A stretch of DNA of 64,000 bases from Vicugna vicugna (lineage: Eukaryota), in the NCBI GenBank assembly GCA_013265495.1, contig MU057711.1:1116001-1180000 (forward strand), read 5' to 3'. Of this stretch, positions 13,681 through 27,692 are shown piece by piece (position 1 is the first letter of the stretch; each line of letters opens with the position of its first letter). The notes below the pieces were generated by a model. It was not told where the DNA came from. It did no database searches and saw nothing but the letters and a program-made list of their open reading frames with translations. Made by a program: the position numbers and the translations under genes.

Positions 13681-14120
13681 GCTCAAGTGGGCGCCCCAAG
13701 CAGGAACTGAGATGTGCCCAGTGCAGGCCCGGGGGAGACAATGGTCTGATGCCACCTGCACACGGATGACCACAGCCTAGGAGGACCCAGTCCCTGCCAC
13801 AGTGACTGGGAGAAGACGTGGGGCTGAGGGGGTTCTCAAGGGGGAGCAAGAAGAATGCAAAACATCTTCCAACCCAGTGAGCATATATTGACTATTCTGG
13901 ATGTTGTGTGCAGGGGTGGTCCTAGTGGAATAGGTAAAACAATGACGTGGTAAAGCCCTTACTCCATACTCTCCCCCAAATACTCATATTTCCCCTAAAA
14001 TTAAAATCTCAAGTCTATGGAAATATTTTATTTATCATAAAATTTAAACTTAATTACTTCTGAGAGAGTTACATTTCAAACTTATATTCACACTTAGATA
14101 TAAATGGTAGATATAATATA

Positions 14121-14687
14121 TGTGTGATAGTTAATTTTGTGTCAACTTGACTGGGCCATCGGGTACGCAGATATTTGGTCACACTTTATTTCTGGATGTG
14201 TCTGGGGTAAGGGATGTTTCTGGATGAGGTTAACATTTGAATCAGTAGACTGATTAAAGCAGATTGCCTTCCCCAATGTGGGTGACCCTTATCCAATCTC
14301 TCGGAGACCAGAATAGGACACAAAAGGCTGAGAAGGGGAGAATTTGCTCTGTCTATACGATTGTCCTTGAACCGAAACACTGGTCTTCTGTCTTTGGACT
14401 TGGATGGACTGGAACTTACACTATCAATTCTCTGGGTCTCCATCTTGGTGACTGCAGATCTTGGTACTTCTCAGACTCATGTGTATATCATTATAAATCA
14501 TTATATATCATTATATATATCTTTAAATAAATACATATATTTCCTGAGGATCTAACCAGTAAGACATACATCTATAAATATCTCTGTCTGTATACATCTA
14601 CAGATATATCTGTATATAGATATTTATCTTATTGCTTCTCTCTCTAGTTCTCCTATTCTGTTTCTCCGAGGAACACTGACTAATATA
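14121..14687 (+). mobile_element. MLT2 (ERVL) LTR
   Basis: Start tgtgatagttaattttgtgtcaacttgactgggc...gaggttaacatttgaatcagtagactgattaaagcagattgcc; end ttctgtttctccgaggaacactgactaata. Confidence 0.9.
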
Positions 14688-15579
14688 ATATGTGTTTTCC
14701 CCAAAATCATGTTTTCATAGGGAAAGAGGATATTCCACAAGTTTCCTGGGACTCTGATGTGCTTGGGAGCCAAATTTTCCAAACCTTATATTTTTTCCAT
14801 TGTCAGCTTGGCTTTGCCTGGTGCCTGTAACCTTGGGAGAAGTTGTCCTGTCGCCACCCCCTGTTTCAAGGGTAGCTTTTTCCCCAGTCATTCTTCTCCC
14901 TTGGCTTTTGCCATGAGGAACCTGATGTGAGGAGAGAACTCAGCAAATATTTAAGTAAATATTTATGGAATGACATGAACGAATACAGAGTTAAAAATAG
15001 AACATTTTCTTATTCCACCCCTGGACTAGATGTACGACCAAACAAATCTGAATAGATTTTGCATAGATTAAACATCACCTCCCTGACCTCCGCAATGAGC
15101 TCAGCTACTGCTTCTGTTTTTTTCCGGACCACCATGTATATTCAGCTGCTGTAGCCCTTATTTTCCCTTGTCCTTATTTAAAGCTTGCTTGAGTGTGGAC
15201 TCCTCAAGGGCAGGGACCATTTCTTGTTCATCTTTCTTTTGTCAATACTGAGAAAAGTCTCTGGGGCCTAGATATTTGGAATTAATTAGAATCTGACTTT
15301 AGTTTATATAAATCATGATATCTTTAGCAACAGAATTAAAGTGAAGAAAACCATCTGTAGAATAAAAGGGCTAAACATATCTTCCAGCTGTGTGACTTTG
15401 GGCAAATCACTGAACTTCTGTGTCTCAGTTTATCTCTGTGAAAAAGGACAGACCAAACAGGGTTAGGAGGTCTCTGGTGTGCAAGCTGCCACTCTGCTTC
15501 CTGTGCCTGGGCTGGTATTTCTAATGGATCATGACTCTTTCCCATGAGCCCAGTTATGGGCTTATTATTCTTAATGTAG

Positions 15580-16067
15580 TAGGGCACTCCTTGTTTTATT
15601 GTGCTTCACAGACGTTGCTTTATTTATTTCTTTTTTACAAATTGATGCAGGCAGCCCTGTGTCAATCAAGACTATTGGTGCCATTTTTCCAACAGCGTTT
15701 ACTCACTTTGTGTCTCTGTGTTACATTGTGGTAATTCTCACAGTATTTCAAACTTTTTCATCATTATTATATTTGTTTTGGTGATCTGTGATCAGTGATC
15801 TTTGATGTTACCATTGCAAAAAGACGACTTACCGAAGACTCAGATGATAGGATTTATTTTTTAGCAGTAAAGTATTGTTAAATTAATGTATGTACATTGT
15901 TTTTTTAGACATAATGCTATTGCACACTTAGTAGACTACAATATAGTGTAAACACAGCTTTTATATGTACTGGGAAACCAGAAAATTCATGTGACTTGCT
16001 TTATTGCAATATTCCCTCTATTACAGTAGTCTGGAACTAAACCCATAATATCTCTGAGATATGCCTG
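15580..16067 (+). mobile_element. Internally deleted Tigger1 DNA transposon (non-autonomous)
   Basis: Tigger1 5' end (ttttattgtgcttcacag...ccatttttccaacagc...gtgatctgtgatcagtgatctttgatgtta) joined to the Tigger1 3' end (gacataatgctattgcacactta...atatctctgagatatgcctg), followed by TA. Confidence 0.88.
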
Positions 16068-17039
16068 TATAGCTGGAACTTACTCTGACGATTTTAGTTT
16101 GCCATCAGGCTGGAATCAGATCTTTGGAAGGTGTCAGACAGGTGAGAGATGAAATTTGATTTATGTTTTCAAAGAGCATTCTGATCAATGAGTAGAGGCT
16201 GACCAGAGTAGTATAACTCCTCAGAAACTCTAGCTAAACTGTAACAGCAGGGACAAGAGTGCATGGCTGATCCTACAGGAAAGAAAGGAAAATCTTCAAA
16301 TGCCAGAAACATAAATGAAACTCTAAAGAAGAAGGAAGTCATGTGAGCTCATGGTGTAGCTTCTCTGGGAGAAGGAGGGTTGAGTGTGTTATTAGGTGAA
16401 GTAATTAAACTTTTAGTCAAATTCAGGTAGAGGAGATGCAGTCTTGAGTCTGAATAAGGCAGGAAATTGGAATGGAGCCAGGATGCTTGAATTGTTGATC
16501 TGTAGAGATAAGATTCTCTGGAAAAAATTCCTATCAACATTAAGAGAGAAGGAAGCATGTCTATGCTTTGCTCTGGGTGAAAAATATTATCCTTAAGAAA
16601 TCAAAATCTCCATTTTGTGCTTTATGCAAATGTAAGATCCAAATCTATTCTTTCTGATTTCTCCTTGAAACCCAAATTGAAAAATTAAGATATAAACTGA
16701 TTCTAAGCCAATGTTGTTACTCTTCAGATACCTGGCAGGAGTAAAGCAAGACTCTTGTGGAGGAGTACTTCCATTTCCCTTGCCATAGAAGTTACACAGA
16801 GCGAGCGAGATTATAGATGAATCCATAATCAGCAATTATAAAACATATAAGGAAACATGTGAGCACCAAAAGACAAAACAATATTAAATAATTTTACATT
16901 TGTTTAAGTGTCTAAGGCATTGTGAGTGTTATATAAATGTTTAGATAGATAAATGGATAGATAGATAAATATATAAATAACAAAAAGAGGATTAAAACAC
17001 CAAGAACTTTGGTTACCAGAGAAATTCATAAAATATTTA

Positions 17040-18050
17040 AAAGTAGGTATTCTTAAAATTATTAAAGATACAAAAGACACAGAATTTACAAGCATGTATG
17101 TTGCAGCATTACTTATTATTGCAAAAAATTGGAACTCAACCTAAATATTCATTAATGGGAAAGTAGACAAATTGTGTATATTCAAATAAAAAATGAATGA
17201 GTGAATACTATATATCAGTTAATTGAACAAACTAAAACCAAGTTTACTTACTTAAATCTCAACAACTTAATGTTGAGCCAAAAAACTGCCCCCACATTTT
17301 AGAAGGATATCTACAGTGTGATTCCATTTATAGTTTAAAATCATCCATACATAGTAATACTATATTATGATATATTGTTTGTGGGAGTATACATACATAA
17401 TAAAAACATAAAATATATGTAGTCATGATAGCCTCTAAAATCAAGATAGTGGTTACTTCTGAGTATGAAGGGCTAGGAGGGGAATAGAATTGTTTCCATA
17501 GCATCTTAGTTTTTATACAGGTGATAGAAACTTAGTATTTGTTAAACTCTCTATACATTTTTCAAACATGAGACAATTACTCATCATTATAATCACAAAA
17601 GAAAAATATTGAGTGATTGATATTTATTTATCCAGAGAAGATACTATAGAAGATCACAGAGCAAGCCCAATAAAGTAACAGAAATAAATAGTAGAGATAA
17701 GAGCAAAAATTCATTAAAAAGAACATAAAGAAACAATAAAAGATAATGAAATAAAACAAAAACCAGGCTTTTGAGAAGCTTAATGAAACAAGCCTCTGGT
17801 AAATTCAATTAAGATAAAAATAGACAAATACAAAGTATTAGTTCTGAAAAAGGAGATGTAATTACTGATTCAGTAGAGATGAAAAAAATAATAAAAGAAT
17901 ATCAAGAGCAACTTTATGCCAATGCCAATCTGAAAATTTATAGAAAAAGTTGACGTCTTTTACAAAATTGACTACTCAAAATAGAAAAACTAAATAGATA
18001 TAACTATTAAAGAAATTAAAATAGTAGTATAAAATCTAAGATATCTTTAG
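17040..18050 (+). mobile_element. Old L1M fragments (3' UTR-like and ORF2-like, A-rich)
   Basis: gcatgtatgttgcagcattacttattattgcaaaaaattggaa...cctaaatattcatt; aagaatatcaagagcaactttatgccaa. Confidence 0.7.
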
Positions 18051-18099
18051 GTCCTAGCAACAATTAGAAAATGTAGATTTAAGAAAAGACATCATTTTG

Positions 18100-19600
18100 A
18101 CTAATACATATCGTTGTGTAACCACCATCATCACACTTGAATTTCCTTTGTAGCCCTCTCAATCCCATACCCTTACCCCAGCCTCTAACATCACTGACCT
18201 AATTTCTGTCTATATAGTTTTTTTCTTTCTCAGAAATTCAAGTAAATGGAATCAAACAGATTGTAGTCTTTGCAATCTGATATTTTTCATTTTTACATGT
18301 TTTTGCATGTATTAGTAGTCTATTACTTTTCATTCCCAGGTAGTATTCCATTGTGTGGATGTACGTTGATTTTTATCCAATTACCTGTTGATGGACATTT
18401 AATGGTTGTTGTTATTAATAAAGCTGCTATAAATATTTGTGTACAAGTCTTTGTGTGAACATGTTTTGGTTTATTTTGGGTAAATACCTATGAATGAGGA
18501 TTGCTGGATTATATATATGTTTAACTTTATAAGAAACATGCAAACTATTTTCCAAAGTGATTATACCATCTCCTGCCAGCAACATGTGAGAGTTCCAGTT
18601 GTTCCTTATGCTTGTTGGCATTTTGTGCTGTCAGTTCTTTCTTCAGCTGTTCTTTTGAGTGTGTAGTTCTATCTCATAGTTTTAATTTGCATTCCCCTAA
18701 TGACTAATGATGTTGCCCATCTTTTCATATGATTATTTGCTGTTTGTCTAACTTCTTCATTAAAGTGGCTATTTAAATTCTTTCCCATTTTTACAAATTT
18801 CTATTGTTAAATTGTAAGTATTTTTTTAATATTCTGGATAGAAATCCTTTATCTGATATGTGTTTTACAAATATTTTCTTTTTGTGTGTGGCTTATCTTT
18901 TCATTTTTTCACCTGTGTCTTTTGAAGAGTGGATATTTTAATTTTGATGATGCTCAATTTTTCAAATTAGTTGTGGATTACTGTGTTATATCTATGAAAT
19001 CTTTACCTGAACCAAGATCACAAAGATTTCCTCGTATAATTTCTTGTAGAAATGTTAGAGTTTTAGGTTTTATGTTTGGATCTACGACTTTTTCAGGGTT
19101 TCTGACTTCGGTGCAGGTAATGATTAAGCTTCATGTTTTTGTAGTTGGGTTATTCCAGCACTGTTGGTTGTAAAGCCTATCTTTCCTCTATTGAATTATC
19201 TTGGTAATTTTGTCAATTAATCATATAGTGAAGGTCTATTTCTGGACACTATTCTGTTCTATTGATCTATGTGCTTATCCTAACACCAGTACCACACTAT
19301 CTCAGTTATGTAGCTTTATAGTAAGTCTTAAATTCAAGTAGTGTGAGTCTTACAACTTTGTTCTTCTCTTTCAAGATTGTTCAGGTCACTTTAGATTCCT
19401 TACTTTTCCATGTAAATTTTAGCATCAGCCTGTCAATTTCTACGAAGACACCTTCTGGGATTTTAATTGGGTTTGTACTGAATATGTAGATCAATTTGAG
19501 GAGAACTGACATCTTAACAGTAACTAAACAATTGAGCCTTCCAATTCATGAGCACATTTTTCTATCTATTTAGGTCTTGTTTAATTTTTCTATATCAAGT
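18100..19600 (-). mobile_element. Old L1M element (ORF2 end plus 3' UTR)
   Basis: gtgtaaccaccatc...agtaaatggaatca...gtagtattccattgtgtgg...tttaatttgcattcccctaatgactaatgatgttg...tagatcaatttgaggagaactgacatctt. Confidence 0.9.
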
Positions 19601-20299
19601 CAATAAGTCTTGGGAGGCTTGTTATACAGAAATAAATAACCATAAAAATCTGCTTCGTTTACTATTTTGTACTGTGAGACTAGAACATTTTCTGGTATTC
19701 ACTGAATGAATGCTCAGTGAATATTCTTTGAATGTATAAGGAGTTGGTACGCAAGATGAAACTGATTTGCTATTTTGAGAAGATGTTGATATCCACTCCG
19801 CAAGATTGTTCAATGAAAGAAATGAGAAATGCTTTTGAGTACCTGGCACAGTTGGCACTCAGTAAATATTAATTATGTTAAAGGAAGAGAAAGGGCAGAA
19901 AAATCATTTCATATTGCCTAGGTGATCCTATATTTTCCAAAGTGAAGGGTGAAAGATTAGCAAGCATTCTGAGACAAGATAAATGGTTAAATTTGGGTTG
20001 AAAAATACCTTGATCCAAATGGGATAAACTGGATATTTGCACACGTCTCCTTGTTGATATTTGTGGAGCCTGTGTCATTGGGTAGATGTCTACACCTCAG
20101 AGCAAAGCAATTCATCTTTTGTGGTCCAACAGTGGGCAGCTCTGCTCACCTTCTGTGGGGAGCGACCATTGCAATAGGTCAGGATCCATGGGGCTACTTC
20201 CCGCAGCACTCCTCTTCCACCTGTCTGAGCCCTGCACCCCTTTCCTCCATGCTCAGAACATCCCAGAAAGCCCAGTCAGAACAGTGCAGCAGGGAAGCA

Positions 20300-20540
20300 G
20301 CACAGTTAGTGGAGAGAGCCCAGGCTCTGAAGTTACATGGACTGATGTCTGAGCCCTGGCTCCACCACTTACGGTAGTACGACCTCGGACAAGTTACTTA
20401 TTAACTCTGAATCTCAACTCCCTTATCTGTAAAGTGGGGAGAATGAGAACTACACTGAGAAGTGCTCCAAGACTTTATATATATATATATGAAAAATGCA
20501 TGGAACACAGTAGCCGCTCAATAAATGATAATTATTATTC
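20300..20540 (+). mobile_element. MIR SINE
   Basis: gagagagcccaggctctgaag...gacctcggacaagttactta...ccttatctgtaaagtgggga...gctcaataaatgataattattatt. Confidence 0.75.
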
Positions 20541-22858
20541 CATAAAACTCTGGCTAGACTATTCTATGAAATTCATGCTTTAAAGCTCTATGAAGTAAGT
20601 AATCTTTATATCGTCAGGATTTCCTGGGTTGTTGATAAACATCTGGTTAAGTTACGTCTTCCGAAAACAAATCTTGATTTAAGCAAAACTCCTGAAAACA
20701 ACAACAAGCAACTATTCAACCCAGGAAAAAGCACATGCACCTCCCCTCCTTGCCAAAAAATAAAAAAGGTCCCAGTCAACAGCAGCAGCATAGCCCTCTA
20801 GACTCAACACTCAGCAACTTTTCTTTAGTGAGGTCCATAAACAAAGTTTACTCCCCTCTTAAATTTTAGTGCCTTTGTTTTTCCTGCAGCGTCGTGTGGC
20901 CCTTTACTTCATTCTTGGAAGCATTGTTGTTAAACCACCGGAGATGGACATGTGCTGCAAGGGTGCCGCCAGCGTGCCACTTCTGTCCAACTTGCCAGGG
21001 ACTCTGAGCTGTAGATGCTTCCTTCTCTGGGGACCGGAAGCTGGTGAGGGAGGGTGGGAAGGTGGGGCAGGTCTGGTGACAGATCAGTGAGCTCTTTCTG
21101 AGTGAATCCTCCCCACTAGAAGGGAAAAACGGAAGCTGGCACGTTTCAGAGTGTTTTCTAAATCACTCTTAGCAGTCCTGGGAGTAGATTTACAAAGAGA
21201 CATATGTTCTCAGTATTTGACTAAACACAGACAGGCACTAAAATATGGTATGCTCACAAGTTGTTTACAGGTATTGAATTTTAAATAACTGAGACTCTTG
21301 GGCATCTATTCAAAGAAGAATCCAAGCTCTCCATACTGTAATCTTCCTCTGGTAATACTGGCACAAAAGAGACCCTGGATAAATGTTTGTGGAAGGAGTC
21401 AGGAAGGGGAGGGGAGAGGGGGAAGGAGGAAGAAAGAGATGGATCGAAGACAAGAAAGAATAAAGAAAGATGCAAAAGGGAAGAGATACTAAATTGCCTG
21501 GTGGAAACTCTCTATAATATCTGGTCCCTTTAAAGGCAAATGTTACTATCATGCAGGTGTTCCCAGGAACCACAGCCAGAGCCACCGCTTGTGTCCCCAG
21601 GGCCTCTCCAGCATGAAGGTGGACTTTCCTTTATCCAGATCTATATTCCTCACTTCCTCTTATAGTAGCTCAGCCCCAAGTTTGGCTCTGACCTTTGTCT
21701 TCCCTTGATGTTAAACCCACCCCACCCCCGACCTTACTGTCTGAGAGGCTTACACCTAGGAAACTCCTCTGGAACTTGGTGGCGGGTCTCCTGCCTCTGG
21801 CCTTCCATGTGCCTGTCAGGGAGGCACAGGTCCTGCCCCCAGCTGACTTCCTTCGAGGGATGTTCCCTTGTTCTGATCTACCCACAGCCTCATGGGTGAT
21901 GCCATGAGTACCAGCTGGGCCTCACTGAGGGGTCCACAGTGACTTAATGTCCCTCGGCAGGTGCTTCCATGGAAAAGAGTGATAAAAACATATGAGAGAA
22001 CACTTTTAAAAATATCCCATGGACTTCCAGCACAGACAGCAATCCCTACCACCTCCAGCCTTTATTTCTTCTCCCTTTAAAACATAGTTGAGGCAGCTTC
22101 AACGAACAGGCTTAAATGGTTCAAGGAATGACCCTAATTAGTTCATTGATTTCAAAATGATGAATGATGCACTGGCTAAGAATAAATTGGTCCCCTGTCA
22201 GTATCAGTTATGAACTCTTGATAGTTCAGAATTGGAACTGACCCCCCACAGCATGAACTGTGTTTCACCAGGTCCCCCCACCCCACCCACCACTGAATGC
22301 AGACAACACTTTTCCTTCTCTCTCTGTGGGAGCAAATTCTACTTGTGGCACAGCCCACTGAAGATGTAGTCCATTGATCAATAGCTGCACTGAGCATCCA
22401 CCAAGAGTCGGATCTGGTGTTGGGTCCTGAGCCGGAGAGGATGGAAACAGTCCTTCAAAGAGCTGTCCACTCAGCTCTAGTGCTTGGGGAGGGAAGCAGC
22501 CATTTATTTGTGCCTCTTTCTTCTTGTGGTATTAGTACCTCCTTTCTCTTGGGAAACTGCTTTACCTCCCTGCCTCCCACCTCTAACCAAGAGTTTCTGG
22601 TGGAGCTGCTCGTCCCCTGCCCAGGCACGCCATGCCCAGTGCTTCTGTGGGAGAATTTGAATTGGAAGTAAGAGAAGAGCATCATCCCTTTCTTTCTGTC
22701 AGTGATGTTGGGGAGATGTGAGTTCGGAGCTAATTGCAGCCTTCGTTCTAGTCTCATAGAGAAATCCTTATGGAGAAACGAGGTGGAGAGATGAGAGGCA
22801 GAAAGAGAGTCCTTGTTAACTGATTTGAAAATAATTATAAGATAAAGCAGAAACTAGT

Positions 22859-23365
22859 TGTGTTAGTTTCCTTTTGTTGCTGTAGGAAGTTAAGTCAATT
22901 TAGGGCTTAAAACAACACAAATGTATTACCTTACAGTTCCTAGGGGTCAGAAGTCTGAGATGGGTGCTACGGACTAAAATCAAGGTGGTGGGAGAGCTGC
23001 GTTCCTTCTGGGGGTTCTGGGGAAGAATCTCTTTCCTTGCCCTTTCCAGCTTCCAGGGGCTGCCTGCGTTCCTTGGCTGGTGGCCCCTCCTTCCATCTTT
23101 GAAAGGCGTCCCTGCCACCCCTGCTTCTGCCATCACTCCTCATCTCTCCGAAATTCCTTCCTCCCACTTCTAAGGACTCTTATCACCACATTGGGCCCAT
23201 CTAGAGAATCCAGGATAATCTTCTCATCTCAAGGTCATCTCAAAGTCGATTAGCAACCTTAATTTCTTCTTGCCATATAACATACATATTCACGGATTCT
23301 AAGGGTCAGGATGCTGACGTCTTTTGATTGACGTCTTTTGAGCCCATTATTCCACCCAGACCATC
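22859..23365 (-). mobile_element. MLT1 (C/D-like) LTR
   Basis: tgttagtttcctt...ggcttaaaacaacacaaatgtattaccttacagttc...ggtcagaagtctga...taaggactctt...attgggcccatctagagaatccaggataatc. Confidence 0.88.
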
Positions 23366-23477
23366 AGTAGATAACAGCAGAGCCGGAGTTACTATCCCTC
23401 AGGCTGCAGAGTACAGAGTGGGGGAGGACGAGGTTAAAATGGGATAGGGCTTCAGGGCTGAAGGTACCATTTAAAAT

Positions 23478-24222
23478 TTTTTTTCATATTCTTTTCCATT
23501 ATGGTTTATTATGAGATATTGGATATAGTTCCCTGTGCTATATACAGTAGAACCTTGTTGTTTATCTATTTTACATATAGTGGTTTGTATCTGCTAATCC
23601 CAAACTCCTAATTTACCCCTCCCCTCCCCTCATGACCCCCTGATAACTATAAATTTGTTTTCTATGTCTCTGAGTTTGTTTCTGTTTCATAAATAAGTTC
23701 ATTTGTGTCATGTTTTAGATTCCACGTATAAGTGATAGCACATGGCATTTGTCTTTCTCTGTCTAATTTACTTCACTTTGTATGATCACCTCTAGACCCA
23801 TTCATGTTGCTGCAGATGGCATTATTTCATCCTTCTTTGTGACTGAGTAATAGTCCATTGTATATATATATACCATATCTTCTTTATCCATTCATCTATC
23901 GATGAACATTTAGGCTGTTTCCATGTGTTGGCTATTATAAGTAGTGCTGCTATGAACATTGAGTATATGTATCTTTTCGAGTTAGAGTTTTCTTCAGGTT
24001 GATGCCCAGGAGTGGGATTGCTGGAGCACATGGCAACTCTACTTTTAGTTTTTAAAGGAACCTCCATACTGTTCTCCATAGTGACTGCAGCTATTTACAG
24101 AACAGTGTAGGCGGGTCCCCTTTTCTCCACACCTTCTCGAGTATTTGTTATTTATAGACTTTCTAATGATGGCCATTCTCCCTGGTGTGAGGTAATTAGT
24201 GATGTTGAGCATCTTTTCATGT
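23478..24222 (-). mobile_element. Truncated LINE-1 (ORF2 end plus 3' UTR)
   Basis: Minus translation YSMFIAALLIIANTWKQPKCSSIDEWIKKIWYIY; degenerate flanking repeat tgaaggtaccattta / tgagggcatcattta. Confidence 0.92.
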
Positions 24223-25019
24223 TGAGGGCATCATTTATTCATAGGTGAACTCCTGCTCCAACTCATCACATTTTCCCGCTACAGGCATAGTCTAAAGTGT
24301 GCAGACTGTTGTCATTCAGTTCCTCAGGCTGTAGAATCTTTCCCGTTTACATTCATTTCAAACATCAGAACACTTTTTTTCTGTCTTATTTCCTAGGGTG
24401 TCTTAGCGCCCCAAAGCACCATGATTCTTCCATCTACTGGCAGGTGCTGCATCCAGGCCTGTGGTTCCCTCGTGACCCTGAGATGTTCTTGCTCTGGGCC
24501 CAATGCAATGCTTACAACCTCTTTTAGCTATTTAGACCTCACTTCTCTCCAAACAGTGGGTGTTCTGCCTGCTCTGATTGGGATGACGTGGAAGCAAACC
24601 CAGTTCTGCAAAGCTAAGGTTCAGTGTGTCCACTTTCCCCTGCTCATGTTAACATCACATCACCAGCACCCCCAGTGGTTTGTTCTTTACAGGTTTGTCT
24701 TACTTCAAACAAGGTTTTCAAAATCTCCTGTTCTCTAACTCTTTCCACGCATGTTTCGTTCATGAGAAGAGCTCTTCCTGACACTGTTTGTGAAGATTTT
24801 TCCATTCTTCTCTATTTGTTCTTGGCTACACGCTCCTCCTCTTATATTTTGCGTGAGTCCTTATAGGTTTTTTCTTGCCTCCTGAGTAGCTTGATGAAGG
24901 GAGGAAGAGGAAGCAGCATATCCTGAGTGTCCCTCACCCACCCCCATAGGCTAGTAAGCACTCAGCACGAAGCATTAAAAGAAAGCAGGGACTTTCTTCC
25001 TGGGTGCTGAGGGTGCTTA

Positions 25020-25215
25020 ATACATGAATAGGTTGTATTCTTTGAGTGCTTGCACTAGACACCATGCTAATTGCTTTATGTGTGCTTTCAACAACACTAA
25101 GCACTATTATTTTCATTCTGTAGACAAGGAAACTGAGGCACAAAGAGGTTAAATTATTTGCCTAATGTCACAAAGTTATAAAACGACATGGTTGAGATTC
25201 AAATTCAGGCAGCTT
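25020..25215 (-). mobile_element. MIR SINE
   Basis: cattctgtagacaaggaaactgaggcacaaagaggttaaattatttgcctaatgtcaca. Confidence 0.75.
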
Positions 25216-25681
25216 CCCATGGGCTTAACTGTCCCCTCTTCCCCAGTGAAAAAGAAGATGGGAGAGGCATCCATGCCACAGAGGTCCAGATGCTCTTCCT
25301 AGGGGCGGATGAGTTTGAGATACTTGCCGCATTAGTGACACTCCTTGGTCCATGGCTTGTCTTGAGCTGGGTCCTTGCTAGGGGTGCTTGTTTGGGGGAA
25401 GTCAGGAGATTGATTGGGTCTCCCAGAACCTAGGAGGGGCAAGGTGTCAAGGAACCTAGAGTCAATCCTGTGACTCGTTTACTCACAGAATTTCCCCATC
25501 CATTTGTCAGAATGGGCTACAATGGGACCAGGTCTTCACTGGTCCATCTCTCCCATCAGAAATTGGGAGCTTGGTTCTTATGGCTTATTTACTTTAAAGA
25601 TCCACTCATCATAAGTGGGGACCAAATAATTACTGATTTTACATTTTTATGTCACTTAGGGGGACAAAATTTGTTAACATC

Positions 25682-26968
25682 TGTATTAGTTTCCTCGGGG
25701 TTCCCACGGCACATAATCATAAACTGAGTGGCTTAAAATAGCAGAAATTTATTTTCTCACTGTTCTGGAGGTTCGAAGTCCAAAATCAAAGTGTCAGCAG
25801 GGTTAGCTCCTTCTGGAGGCACTGAGGGAAAATCTCTTCCGTGCCTCCCTCCACACGTCTTGTGGTTGTTGGCAGTCCTCGGTGTCTCTTGGCTTATAGT
25901 CACGTCACTCCAGTCTCAGCCACCATTATAATGTGACCTTTTCCCCTCCATGTCTCTGTGCCTTTACATGGCCTTCTTACAAGGACACCTGGCTTCAGGG
26001 CTCACTCTGATCCAGGAAGACCTCATCTAAACTGATTACATCTACGAAGGCTTTATTTCCAACTAAGGACACCAAAGGAAAGACTCCTACTCTACCCATA
26101 ACACTTCTCACTCCAAATGCTCCCATTCCATGCGGCTCTCCAATTCTCTGGACACCAACTGAGTGTCCTACAATTGAACTCATCCTGACACTAACTACCT
26201 GGGATTAGTGCAGACCCTATAGCTTAGGGGCTCAGTCCCAGAAGACTCCTCCTTCTCCACCTCCTTTGGAAGCCAGTTGGGCCTCCCATATTTCTGACCA
26301 AATGGCTATAAATCAAGGATTTCCACAACCCCCTCCTTGGGTTCAATAGTTCGCTAGAATGGCTCTCAGAACTCAACACCTCGCTTACTATTAGTGATTT
26401 ATTTTAAAGGAGACAACCCAGGAACAGCCAAATGAAAGAGATGCATAGGGCAAGGTACGGGGAAGGGGTGTAGAACTGCCATGCTCCCTCCAGGCACACC
26501 CCTCCCAGTACCTCAGTGTGTTCACCAGCCCAGAAACTCCCCAAACCCATTTGTTTGGGATTTTTATGGAGCTTCCATTACATAGGCATGATTGATGAAA
26601 GCATTGGTCATTGGTGATTGAATCCTATCTCCAGCCCTTCTCCCCTTCCTGGAGGTTCCAACCCTCTAATCTCAAGGTTTGTTCCTCTGGCAACCAGGCC
26701 CCATCTAGAAACCATCTAGGGGCCCATCAAGAGTCACCTCATTAGCATAAACTCAGATTGGATTGAAAGGGGCTTGTTATCAATAACAGAAGATGCTCCA
26801 CTCACCCTTATCACTCCGGAAATTCCAAGGGTTTTAGGAGTTCTATTCCAGGAACCAGGAACAAAGACCAAATACATATTTCTTACTACATCACAATATC
26901 ATTGTCATGTTCTGAGGTTTCAGGTGGATATGAACTTGGGGGAGGGCACTATTTCACCCAGTGCGACA
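25682..26968 (-). mobile_element. MLT1 LTR interrupted by a MER21-type LTR
   Basis: tgtattagtttcct...gtggcttaaaatagcagaaatttattttctcactgttctggagg... runs to tttccaactaagg (~26067) and resumes tcatgttctgaggtttcagg at ~26905. Confidence 0.85.
26068..26901 (-). mobile_element. MER21-type LTR nested in MLT1
   Basis: gacaccaactgagtgtcctacaattgaactcatcctgacactaactacctgg...ggctcagtccc; ends gaccaaatacatatttcttactacatcacaatatca, the reverse complement of the MER21 5' end. Confidence 0.85.
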
Positions 26969-27326
26969 TCAAGACTAAAACTTCTTTAGAACAAGTCAGC
27001 AATGACTCATAAGAATGTGTTGCTCGTGTTTTCCGGCTACACTCCTCAACTCTGCGTGAATAAACGTTCTTCTTTCCCAACTCCCAGGGTAAGATAACCT
27101 CAACTGACTGTAAAAACAATTTCCTAAATATTCCTCTTAAAAGTTGAGTGCATAAGAAGTTCCCTGGGTGGCTTTACTGTGACTTCTGGTTTCACTCCCT
27201 TCTGTTCAACACTGGGATTATTTTGTAAGGTCATATTTTGAAAAATCCTTTTATAAATTATCTGGGCTCTCACAATCTCTATCTGAGGGACTGTAATTAT
27301 AAGTCATTCCGTAAAAGCTACACTCT

Positions 27327-27461
27327 TTTTTTTTTGAATTTTTTTGGGGAGTAGAGGTAATTAGGCTTATTTCTTATTTTTAACGAAGGTACTGGGGATT
27401 GAACCCAGGACCTTTGTGCATGCTAAGCACACACTCTACCACTGAGCTATACTCTCCCCAC
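27327..27461 (-). mobile_element. Vic-1-type camelid SINE (tRNA-Ala derived)
   Basis: Minus strand GGGGAGAGTATAGCTCAGTGGTAGAGTGTGTGCTTAGCATGCACAAAGGTCCTGGGTTCAATCCCCAGTACC with A and B boxes; perfect 14-bp TSD aaaagctacactct (27313-27326 / 27462-27475). Confidence 0.92.
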
Positions 27462-27692
27462 AAAAGCTACACTCTCTTACATCTCCACCTGAGGGGCTGT
27501 AATTCTTCTGCCCCCTCCTTTCCATGCTGCCTTCCTGAAGTCTAGTGCTGGCATCTGACTAGACATTTGCCTCTTCTCCTAAGGTGTCCCTGTCACTAAC
27601 AATGATCCGGCCCTTCCTTCCAAGATTCCATTACTTCTAGATCACTAACTAATGCCTTCTTACTGTTCTGCATGAATGTCATTTCTTCTTAT

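Noticed and set aside
27380..27461. tRNA-Ala-like sequences (also ~30255, ~46695, ~49835)
   Set aside because: They are SINE heads with A-rich tails, TSDs and broken stems, not tRNA genes.
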